Shown here in pieces: positions 27,851 to 35,557 of a DNA stretch of 64,000 nucleotides. The stretch is from an uncultured Rubrivivax sp. Lineage in GTDB: Bacteria; Pseudomonadota; Gammaproteobacteria; Burkholderiales; Burkholderiaceae_C. The stretch lies in contig CAYSQO010000001.1 of the NCBI GenBank assembly GCA_964433315.1, forward strand, positions 59,871 through 123,870, in the 5' to 3' direction. A model generated the notes under the pieces. That model was not told the origin of the DNA. It saw only the letters and a program-made list of their open reading frames with translations, and ran no database searches. The number at the start of each line of letters is the position of its first letter. Position 1 is the stretch's first letter. A program made the position numbers and the translations under genes.

Positions 27851-28969
27851 CTATGACACAGGTGGATCGCTCGGCTTGCCGCCCTTGCTGCGCATAACCG
27901 CGGACTGACCTAAATAGGCGCCGGCCGAGCGCAGGCGGGCATGGCCCGCGATACGGGCCACACGCAGACGCGCCTGGCGGTCGAGCTCCTGATCGACAGG
28001 CCCACCGCCACGCACCGGCGCGGGCGTGCCTGTCGTGTCCTGGTACTGGCCTTGAAGGTGGTCGTGCCGCGCCCCGTGCCCGGTGGTGCCGCTCTCGCGC
28101 TTTGTGAGGCCGAACTTTCGCAGCGCATAGTCCAGCCGACGGAGGTTGGACTTCAGGTCCCGATCCGGCGCCCCCATGTGTGCGTCATGGCCGCTGACCA
28201 CGCTGCGGGCATGCGCGATCGCCGACTGCTGCTCCTCGGTGGCCAGCGGCAGCCAGCGCGCACGGCCTCCCTTGCCCTTCGTCCACAGATACCGATCCGC
28301 CTCCCGTTGCTCGTCGGGCAGGCCTGTCTCCTCGAACGGATGCACGTGGGCGTAGGGGCGGCACATCACCGACTCCTTGCGCCGCAGGCCGACCTTCACC
28401 ATCAGGCGCATCGACGCGCCGATGCGGGCATCGTAGGCGGAGACCTGGGCCAGCAAGGCCTCCACGTCGATGCCGTTGCCGCTCCAGCTCTTGTCGCGCT
28501 GGGCGTTCTCGTGGCGCTCGTACTCGTCAGGCGTCAGGCCGTAGTGCTCGGGCCTGCGGATGAAACCCGGCTTGTTAAGCCACATCGCCAGGCCACGCAG
28601 AAAGCTCAGGTAGGTCTGGATCGTTCCCGGCGAAAGCTTCCGGCGCTGCCAGACCTTCACCATCGCCTGGACATGCCGCTGGCCCAGGTTGCGGGGATCG
28701 GGCGCCAGCTTGAAGCCGGCCTCGGTGTGCAGCTCGCGGAAGAAGCGTCGCAGGAAGTGGGCGCGCTCGTAGCGCGTCTTGTGCGACACGGTCTTCTCCA
28801 GCGCGGTGTGCAGCGGGTTGAACAGCTCGATCAGCACGTCCACCACACGGTTCACGGGCGTCCTGCCCGGCGGGTACATGTCCAGCACCTGCTGGGGCGA
28901 CTTGCCGGCCCAGTTCTGGCGGCGTGGCGAGTCCTGGCCATGCAAGCGGCCTGGGCTGGCCGAGGTCAT
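27851..28969 (-). CDS. Resident tyrosine recombinase/integrase whose C-terminal tail is supplied by the RIT end
   Basis: VGLRRKE, KGKGGRAR, HGARH, AGHARLRSAGAY catalytic motifs; AGGA RBS before ATG 28969. Confidence 0.85.
   Translation of the reverse strand: MTSASPGRLHGQDSPRRQNWAGKSPQQVLDMYPPGRTPVNRVVDVLIELFNPLHTALEKTVSHKTRYERAHFLRRFFRELHTEAGFKLAPDPRNLGQRHVQAMVKVWQRRKLSPGTIQTYLSFLRGLAMWLNKPGFIRRPEHYGLTPDEYERHENAQRDKSWSGNGIDVEALLAQVSAYDARIGASMRLMVKVGLRRKESVMCRPYAHVHPFEETGLPDEQREADRYLWTKGKGGRARWLPLATEEQQSAIAHARSVVSGHDAHMGAPDRDLKSNLRRLDYALRKFGLTKRESGTTGHGARHDHLQGQYQDTTGTPAPVRGGGPVDQELDRQARLRVARIAGHARLRSAGAYLGQSAVMRSKGGKPSDPPVS
27883..27916 (-). repeat. RIT right inverted repeat
   Basis: CCTTGCTGCGCATAACCGCGGACTGACCTAAATA. 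Confidence 0.93.
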
Positions 28970-29847
28970 CGAGGAGTTCCTGGAAGGGCGGGTGGATGAG
29001 GAGTGCAGGGTGGAGCCTTTGCGCGGGTCGTTGCGGCGGTCGTTGAGGGAGAGCGGTGCCTGCCGGCGGCGGCGCGAGGGTTGTGCACGGCGGATACGGG
29101 ACATGGTGGGCTTTCTGCAAGGTGGCGGACTGCCCGAACAGCGCGCCGGTGGATGAACGGTCGGGAGGACCGGAGTTGGAGGAATCCGTCTGGACATCCC
29201 CGGGGCCGATTCCTGGCAAGCCCACGGCGATGGAGATCGTGTGCAACGTCGGTGCGGCGGCCGATCTCTGCAGCGCCACACCCACCCATGGCTTTGCTGT
29301 CCGGGCTCCTCATGGTCTTCGGCGAGGGGCCTGGTCAGCTCGGTCAGACTTAAAAATGGAACACGTTGATCCAGGCCGTCTGCGCATTTCTGCGACGCGA
29401 CGACAAGGGTGATGTCCACCCCGCTCGGGGCTGGGTGCGACATCGACGCCAGGGTCGAGCCCTGGGTCATTCGGTGGATCAGGCCTGGTGTGCAGCGCCG
29501 GCCGCTCGCATGGGTCCACCCCTGACCGAGAGTCCAGGGCGGTGTCGAGTTGATGAGCGAGGGTCGTGCGGGGAGCCTCATGGAGGCCATCACGCCGCGC
29601 GATGCGCGTCATGCGCGCGTGCTCAAGGGCTGGCGGGAACGGTGCGCGGCATCAGGTGCCGCCACGGGGTTCTGCTGCGCCGGTGCGCTTCTGGAGCGCC
29701 CAGCCGTCATCGCGGGGATGCGGCTGGCAAGGACCGGGCAGATCACTGCGGTGGTGGATGACTCGGCACGCTCGCGGCGTCGATCCTTCTGGAGGTCGAG
29801 GCCTGTCGCGCCACCCGTTCGGGACGGGAACTTCGGTTGAAGGCACG

Positions 29848-29870
29848 AGGCAGGTAACGACTGCGACGCC
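29848..29870. repeat. 23-bp dispersed motif copy 3
   Basis: Identical to 9508-9530 and 12743-12765. Confidence 0.9.
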
Positions 29871-30258
29871 TGCAATGCTCGTCTTCTTCGAGAGGACGGA
29901 GCGGGCCAGGAGCCCTCGGGAGCCCACAGTGGAAACCGCGACGCCATCCACGGTCAAGGCCGCATGCGCAGCGCCCGCCGCAAGACCCCTGATCGAGCGG
30001 CCCTTGGGGCAGGCAGTTGACGGCGCGAGATTCGGCGGCAGGGCCCATCTAGCGTGGCAATGGCCCGGATCGCCAGCAACGGCGCGGGGTTGACAGGCAA
30101 GGCTGCCGCCTCAGGTACCCCGACTGGGCCGGCACCGGCCTCGCTTGGCGGTGTGAGGCGCCGGCGTGCGCGCCGATGGACGGGGTTGACGAGTGACTTT
30201 GCAGTGTGACCGTGGTGACACCACGCGGCCTCCTCGTCCGTTCGGTGTCATCCAAGGG

Positions 30259-30296
30259 GCAGTGCAGTGCTTCTGCAGTGCCAGCGCAGTGACACC
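30259..30296 (+). promoter_or_regulatory. Phased GCAGTG repeats upstream of parM (candidate parC/operator)
   Basis: GCAGTG at 30264, 30275 and 30286 (11-bp period); near-identical inverted copy at 9821-9841. Confidence 0.5.
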
Positions 30297-30403
30297 GGGA
30301 CGGATCCGATGTCGAAATCGCGCCTGCAGAGGCAGGTATCCGCGTGGAGGAACAGGGTCGGTCTGTCGATCCTGAGCACTCTTTCGTTCACTCGGAGAAC
30401 ACC

Positions 30404-31453
30404 ATGAACCTGATCGTGAGGGCGGTGGATGTCGGTTCCGGCAACACCAAGTTCGTCACCGGCACGGCAGACAGCGAGATCCGCTGCGCGAGCTTCCCGT
30501 CGCTGGCCTACCCGTCCAGCAACGGACAACCACTCTGGCCCGGCGGCGATGGGGCCAAGACGATGTTCATCCCGGTCGGGTCGCTCTTCTATGAAGTCGG
30601 TCCCGAGGTCAGGCTCGCGGCCGACACCTTCCGGGCGACGCAGCTGCACGACGACTACATCGAGTCGCCGGAGTACATGGCGCTGCTGCGCGGTGCGCTG
30701 CGCTCGATGCGGCAGAGCCAGATCGACCTGCTGGTCGTCGGGCTTCCGGTGGCGCTGTTCGCGGTGAAGAAGACAGCCCTGGAGCGGGTCATGACGGGCG
30801 AGCACGATGTCGGCGGCGGCAGGAAGGTCAGTGTGGTGCGCACGCTGGCCGTTGCCCAGCCTCAGGGCGCGCTGGCCTTCTACGCGCACGCCCACGGCAA
30901 GCTGGGCGAGATCGCCAAGGAGCGCAGCCTAATCATCGATCCGGGTGCGAGAACCTTCGACTGGCTCGTCGCCCAGGGCATGCGACTGGTGCAGAAGCAG
31001 AGCCACTCCGTGAATCGGGGTGTCGCCGACGTGCTGAAGCTGCTCGCCGCCGAGATCACCAAGGACATCGGCACGCCCTTCCGCGATCTGGACGCCATCG
31101 ACATGGCGCTGCGGACCGGGAAGGCCCCGGTGATCTTCCAGAAGCCCTACGACCTCAAGCGGCTGCTGCCGCTGGCCGAGAGCGTGACGGAGCAGGCCGT
31201 GTCGAGCATGAAGGAGTGGATCGAGTCGCCGCACAGCCTGCAGAACATCATCCTCGTGGGCGGAGGCGCCTTCCTGTTCCGGAAGGCCGTGAAGTCGGCG
31301 TTTCCGCGCCACCGGATCCTCGAGATCAAGGAGCCTGTGTTCGCCAACGTGAGGGGATTCCAGTTGGCCGGGATGACCTACGCGCGAACCGTGCTGGCGG
31401 CCGATCGCGACAGGTCGACCGCGGCCGAGCGCGCCGCAGGAGATGCCGCATGA
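30404..31453 (+). CDS. parM: ParM/StbA actin-like ATPase (PRTRC system protein D-like)
   Basis: AVDVGSGNTK, LVVGLP, QPQGA, IIDPGARTFD, LVGGGA, FANVRGF. Confidence 0.9.
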   Translation: MNLIVRAVDVGSGNTKFVTGTADSEIRCASFPSLAYPSSNGQPLWPGGDGAKTMFIPVGSLFYEVGPEVRLAADTFRATQLHDDYIESPEYMALLRGALRSMRQSQIDLLVVGLPVALFAVKKTALERVMTGEHDVGGGRKVSVVRTLAVAQPQGALAFYAHAHGKLGEIAKERSLIIDPGARTFDWLVAQGMRLVQKQSHSVNRGVADVLKLLAAEITKDIGTPFRDLDAIDMALRTGKAPVIFQKPYDLKRLLPLAESVTEQAVSSMKEWIESPHSLQNIILVGGGAFLFRKAVKSAFPRHRILEIKEPVFANVRGFQLAGMTYARTVLAADRDRSTAAERAAGDAA

Positions 31454-31743
31454 CCGGCCCCACCAAGACCTCGGAGCCGCCGCGCATCCGGCTCGTGTTC
31501 CAGCTAGAGAGGGCGGAGCTGCCTCGTCTCTATGACGAACTCGCACGGTTCCACAAGGGCGTGAAGCGTGTCGGCAGGCTGCGCACGCTGGCCTACGAGG
31601 GACTGCTGGTCCAACAGGGCGTCTTGAAGCTCCCTGGGCAGGCATCCGGCGATGTGTCCGGGTCGATCGGTTTCGACGGCGACGGGGCGGAAGTCACGAA
31701 CGGGCTCTTCGAGCCCGCGATCGACGGCCGGGATGGACCATGA
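31450..31743 (+). CDS. Small protein, candidate ParR-like adaptor
   Basis: 97 aa, ATGA-coupled directly after parM; the role is positional inference only. Confidence 0.55.
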   Translation: MTGPTKTSEPPRIRLVFQLERAELPRLYDELARFHKGVKRVGRLRTLAYEGLLVQQGVLKLPGQASGDVSGSIGFDGDGAEVTNGLFEPAIDGRDGP

Positions 31744-32210
31744 GGAGTCGTGCGAGGTGCCGCCAGGGTAGGTCGGTAGGGGCCTCCGAGCTGGCGCAGA
31801 TGGGCCGGTGCGAACGCCTGGTGGTTCTCGAATCCCTGCACGGCCCGCGTCGAAGCACTCCACAGGAAAAGGCGCGCCGGAAGGGCATTGCTGCCCATCT
31901 GCGCTTCGAACTGCAGGGTCGGCGCGCCACAGCGCCAGGCGAGAGGTCGACTCGACGACCGGGCGAGAGGTGCTTCATCGCCACGATGGTCTTCGGAGAC
32001 GCATGGCAGACCCATGCGCTGCGTGACTTCAGGGACACGGTCCTGAGGCCACGGCCGTGGGGGCGACGCCTGGTGGCAGCCTACTATGCCGCCGGTCCGC
32101 GACTTTGCAGAGTGCTCCAGCGCTGCCCGCCGTTGCTGTGGATGACCAGGGGCACCCTGGGTTTCGTGGCGCATGGCTGGCGGCGATGGTCGGCGAGGCG
32201 TCGACCATGA
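31740..32210 (+). CDS. CFI-box-CTERM domain protein with a Cas4-like N-terminal Cys motif
   Basis: ASELAQMGRCER...GIAAH, then RCFIATMVFG...LRDFRD..L.....GRRLVAAYY..GP. Confidence 0.75.
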   Translation: MRSRARCRQGRSVGASELAQMGRCERLVVLESLHGPRRSTPQEKARRKGIAAHLRFELQGRRATAPGERSTRRPGERCFIATMVFGDAWQTHALRDFRDTVLRPRPWGRRLVAAYYAAGPRLCRVLQRCPPLLWMTRGTLGFVAHGWRRWSARRRP

Positions 32211-32779
32211 GGTTCGAGCTGATGTGGCCGTGGGTGCTGCTCCTGGCTGTTGCCTTGGTGGTCACGTGGCACCTGGTCCGGCGGCACCGCGCACGCGTCG
32301 CGGAGCGGCGGGACCGACCGGCCGGGCTGCGGGACGCCGAACTGATCTGCGTGGAGTCGCAGTTCAGGTCGAAGAGCCGCTGGCCCATCGTGGCAAGGGT
32401 GGACAGGGCCTATCAACTGCCGAGCGGTCTGGTCGTGCTGGTTGAACTGAAGACGCGGTCGACTGCGGCGGTGAGGGCGTCGGATGTCATCCAGCTCTCG
32501 GCGCAGCGGGTGGCTGTGGAGGATGAACTGCGTGTCCAGGTGTCTGACGAGGCGTTCGTGATCTTTCCTGGTCGGCACTCAGCGCCGCCGACCTCACGAG
32601 CGGTCCGCTTGATGTCGCGGGAGCAAATCGAAGCCGTTGCAGCGAGGCGCCTTCGACTGATCGATGGACTCGATCGCCCGCAGTGGCCCGACAGCGAGCA
32701 TGTTTGTCACGGCTGTGGGCAGCGAGCGGCCTGCGGCGCCGCTGGCGAGCGCCTGGCGGGTGCGGTCCGGAGGCGCTAG
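32207..32779 (+). CDS. Membrane-anchored Cas4-like PD-(D/E)XK nuclease (lacking the usual N-terminal segment)
   Basis: N-terminal TM WPWVLLLAVALVVTW; ARVD, VELKTR, DVIQL, C-terminal CHGCGQRAAC. Confidence 0.78.
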   Translation: MRFELMWPWVLLLAVALVVTWHLVRRHRARVAERRDRPAGLRDAELICVESQFRSKSRWPIVARVDRAYQLPSGLVVLVELKTRSTAAVRASDVIQLSAQRVAVEDELRVQVSDEAFVIFPGRHSAPPTSRAVRLMSREQIEAVAARRLRLIDGLDRPQWPDSEHVCHGCGQRAACGAAGERLAGAVRRR

Positions 32780-32780
32780 A

Positions 32781-33308
32781 ATGTCCAAAATATTCGACAA
32801 GTCTTCAGGCCAAGCTGTGGACCTCTCCAACCTGGGCACCATCATCCGCGAGCGGCGCGAGGCGCTGGGACTGACGCAGTCCCGGCTTGCGCAGCTGAGC
32901 GGGCTTTCGCGGCAGACGCTGGTCGGCCTGGAAGCGGGCGCCCTGAGCGACCTGGGATTCAACCGGGTCGCCCAGGTGCTGGCAGTGCTGGGGCTGGACC
33001 TCGATCCGCCCAGCCAGGCAGCGCGCGCCCGGAAGCGGGGACTGTGGATGGCGGCGAAGAACGCCAGCGTGAGCTACGTCCAGGAGGTGCCGCCCGACAC
33101 GCTCGGTCACGCGCTGGTCAGCGGCAGCGTACCGAAGGGCTACGCAGCCCACCTGACGCACCTGCTTGACGAGGCGCCGGTGCCACTCGTGGTGATGGCC
33201 GTCGAGGAAGCCGCCGCTAGCAAGGGCGTTGCACCCAAGGCCGTATGGCGGAACGTCGCGAAGATCGCCAGGTCTCTGGCTGTGCAGCGGCAGAGCTTAT
33301 GGGTATGA
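32781..33308 (+). CDS. XRE HTH regulator / antitoxin-like protein
   Basis: IRERREALGLTQSRLAQLSGLSRQTLVGLE; ASVSY, HLLDEAP. Confidence 0.8.
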   Translation: MSKIFDKSSGQAVDLSNLGTIIRERREALGLTQSRLAQLSGLSRQTLVGLEAGALSDLGFNRVAQVLAVLGLDLDPPSQAARARKRGLWMAAKNASVSYVQEVPPDTLGHALVSGSVPKGYAAHLTHLLDEAPVPLVVMAVEEAAASKGVAPKAVWRNVAKIARSLAVQRQSLWV

Positions 33309-33503
33309 GTGTCCGGCGGCGCCCCATGGACGGACTGATCTGGGTACTCAGTCTTGCCCCGAGGAGCCCATCCGGCTGTGTCAAAGCCAGCAGACTTGGC
33401 TTCCAGGTTCGTGACTTCGGTGGCCTGGCGAAGCGACCATCTGGGTGCCAACCCGGTCTTGACATGGTGCCCCGGTAAACTGCGAACAGGCCAATTGCTC
33501 GCC

Positions 33504-33944
33504 ATGAAGCGTCGATACGCCCAGTTCAATCCCAAGCGAAGGCTGATTACGCCTGCGCAGGCGCAAGCTCGCGCGGATGAACTAAAGGCTCTTGCTGCAC
33601 GTGCACGTTACGGCGGCAACCCGGAGCACAAGAAGAACCCGGGTGACTTCGGTCTGACCCCGCCCTCTGATCCTCGACAAGGCAAGTCGTTGTGTGATGC
33701 TGCCAAGGTATTCAGACGTGCCGATGCCGAGGCAATCCTCAAGGGAGGTCTTGAGCGTGGCACCGTCAGCGACAGGATGGAGGGTGAGTGGCCGAAGAAC
33801 GTTTGGTCAGTCACTGAAGATGGCATCGCGATGGAGGCCCAGCTAGAGAACGCTGAACTTGGGTCGTATCACGGCTATCCCATGCCCGAGACGGATCCTC
33901 TGTCCCAGGAAGTACTTCGTCGGTGGGCACGTGTCGATGGCTGA
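33504..33944 (+). CDS. Hypothetical small protein, toxin/nuclease-like
   Basis: YGGNPEHKK, WPKNVW, YHGYP; overlaps the next gene. Confidence 0.7.
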   Translation: MKRRYAQFNPKRRLITPAQAQARADELKALAARARYGGNPEHKKNPGDFGLTPPSDPRQGKSLCDAAKVFRRADAEAILKGGLERGTVSDRMEGEWPKNVWSVTEDGIAMEAQLENAELGSYHGYPMPETDPLSQEVLRRWARVDG

Positions 33945-35256
33945 GTTCCGCATCAACGCGAAGTGGATGGCCTCGGCTTCTGGTGAGCCAGAGGTGCGAG
34001 CGACGGCTGCGCTCGTCGACATGTATGTCGATGGTGTTTGCTTGACTCGGAACCAGGACATCTGGGCCGAGACGGTACGAGATAACGTGTTTGTGTCGGC
34101 CTACCCGCTGGCCATGTGGTTTGCGGCATCGTGGTGGCGGCTGAACTACGAGCCGCTGCCGGCTCAACAGCCTGGCCACGACTGGCGCATGGTCCACGAG
34201 CTTGGCGCAGCGAACCACGGGTTTGTCTGGCCGCGCGTCATCTTCGTCCCTGACGGCGAGTCGATCCACCTGTGGGCTGCTGCGTCGTTGACACCTGATC
34301 AATCGGTGCAGTACCTGCAGTCACTGGAGGTGCCGAGGCTGCTTCCTTTGGGCGACTTCCAGCAGGGTGTTCAGCGCTTCTTGCACAGCGTGCTTGCTCG
34401 ACTTGACGCCAAGGACCTTGCGGGATCTGACCTTGCTCAGCTTTGGGGAGTGCTACAGGAAGACCTCGCCGATCCGGAGGCAGTTCGCCGAAGGAAGCTG
34501 GAAGCCGAACTGGGCTTCGACCCCGAAGAGTGTCCGGAGGATGCGCTGGACGCTGCGCTGCTTTGGGAGCAGAAGGTTGGAGACGAGGCTCTCACTGAGT
34601 TGGCTCCAGCCATCGCATCGTCAGGGGGCAGTCCTGATCTAACCTCCCTTTCGCAGCTCGAAATGGGAGATGGGGTTGTCGGAACTCCCACTGTTTCGCC
34701 CCACGCCATTGATCACCTCGATCACGGTGCGCCTTGGGAACGGGCCGTCCACGATGCGCGTGCCCTGCGCCGGGCGCTGGGCAACATCGGAGAACCACTG
34801 TCCAGCAGGACGTTGTTTGACCTCTTGGGCCTGCCCGTGGCAGATCGGGGACATCTGAGCGTGCCTGACGGCCGGGCCCCTGTTGCGGTTGCAATCCCCT
34901 TGGATGGGCAACGGATGAAGTTCGTCCCTCGCCGGCGCAATCCCGTAGGGCAGCGATTCGAGTTCGCGCGTTTCCTGGGCGAGTACCTGCGTTTTCCGGG
35001 GGATCGGAAGGGTTGGCTGGCTTCGACTGATCTGGCTACCTCGCGCCAGAAGTATCAACGCGCCTTCGCCGCTGAGTTCTTGTGCCCGCTTGATTCGCTC
35101 ACGTCGTTCTTGGGCGGTGACTTCTCGTCTTATGCAATCGATGAAGCAGCCGACAAGTTCGAGGTCAGCGAGCAGGTAGTGACCAACCTGCTGCTCAACA
35201 ACGGGTACATCCATCACCACTGGTCAAGGGGCCTGCCGTATCGGGTGGCAGCCTAG
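33937..35256 (+). CDS. ImmA/IrrE-like protein with degenerate metallopeptidase motif
   Basis: C-terminal RFEFARFLGEY and QRAFAAEFLCP...AADKFEVS, typical of the IrrE/ImmA fold but without HExxH. Confidence 0.7.
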   Translation: MAEFRINAKWMASASGEPEVRATAALVDMYVDGVCLTRNQDIWAETVRDNVFVSAYPLAMWFAASWWRLNYEPLPAQQPGHDWRMVHELGAANHGFVWPRVIFVPDGESIHLWAAASLTPDQSVQYLQSLEVPRLLPLGDFQQGVQRFLHSVLARLDAKDLAGSDLAQLWGVLQEDLADPEAVRRRKLEAELGFDPEECPEDALDAALLWEQKVGDEALTELAPAIASSGGSPDLTSLSQLEMGDGVVGTPTVSPHAIDHLDHGAPWERAVHDARALRRALGNIGEPLSSRTLFDLLGLPVADRGHLSVPDGRAPVAVAIPLDGQRMKFVPRRRNPVGQRFEFARFLGEYLRFPGDRKGWLASTDLATSRQKYQRAFAAEFLCPLDSLTSFLGGDFSSYAIDEAADKFEVSEQVVTNLLLNNGYIHHHWSRGLPYRVAA

Positions 35257-35425
35257 AGAGATGGCGCTTCTGCTTGGAGTTGATGGCAGTCGGCTCCACG
35301 GCCACAATCTGGACTCTGAAGGTCTCAGGACATCCCGGTTAGGGTAGGGGAACAGGTGGGGGAACGAATCGATCGCTTCCGCAGTTTTTCCCAATGAGAT
35401 CAACAGCTTAGGTCGCCGTTTTGTA

Positions 35426-35442
35426 TCCCATCAGCCACCCCA
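35426..35442 (+). repeat. att core = tRNA-His 3' end copy (junction of the two tandem elements)
   Basis: TCCCATCAGCCACCCCA matches the tRNA-His 3' end (cf. E. coli TCCCATTAGCCACCCCA); no tRNA 5' half upstream; direct repeat of 49387-49403. Confidence 0.85.
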
Positions 35443-35462
35443 CCGAATGCCGTTAGCGCACG

Positions 35463-35498
35463 CAAGGCCTTGATTCCCTACGGAATCAAGGCTTTGTT
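35463..35498 (+). terminator. Rho-independent terminator-like hairpin after att
   Basis: GCCTTGATTCC-ctac-GGAATCAAGGC followed by TTTGTT. Confidence 0.7.
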
Positions 35499-35557
35499 GC
35501 TTCTAGGCTAAACAGCGGTTGCAACACGGTCTGTCACACAACCTTGTGGAACAGACC

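Larger units (their letters stand above)
24379..27916 (-). mobile_element. RIT (Recombinase In Trio) element
   Basis: Three overlapping tyrosine recombinase genes bounded by 34-bp inverted repeats. Confidence 0.92.
1..35442. mobile_element. Large ICE/integrated plasmid-like element, right part (left end outside window), ending at a tRNA-His-derived attR
   Basis: RadC, ParB, ParM, integrase, defence and efflux cargo, ending at a 17-bp tRNA-His 3'-end copy. No conjugation genes are visible in the window, and the left boundary is not seen. Confidence 0.7.

Noticed and set aside
28970-29593. N-terminal extension of the integrase ORF to 580 aa
   Set aside because: Low-complexity Arg/Pro/Ser sequence; the RBS supports a start at 28969
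9508-29870. 23-bp repeats plus Cas4-like gene read as a CRISPR-Cas system
   Set aside because: The repeats are kilobases apart with no spacer periodicity, and there is no cas1, cas2 or effector gene
9501-29957. Shared peptides VAVVTCL / ASQSLPA in several small ORFs as a protein family
   Set aside because: They arise from the invariant 23-bp DNA motif with no synonymous variation, so a nucleic-acid element is more likely
30404-31453. Complete PRTRC system
   Set aside because: Only the ParM-like protein D is present; no ThiF or ubiquitin-like PRTRC genes in the window
35350-35442. Intact tRNA gene at either att site
   Set aside because: Only the last 17 nt match tRNA-His; there is no D arm, anticodon arm or GTTCG T-loop upstream (same at 49387)
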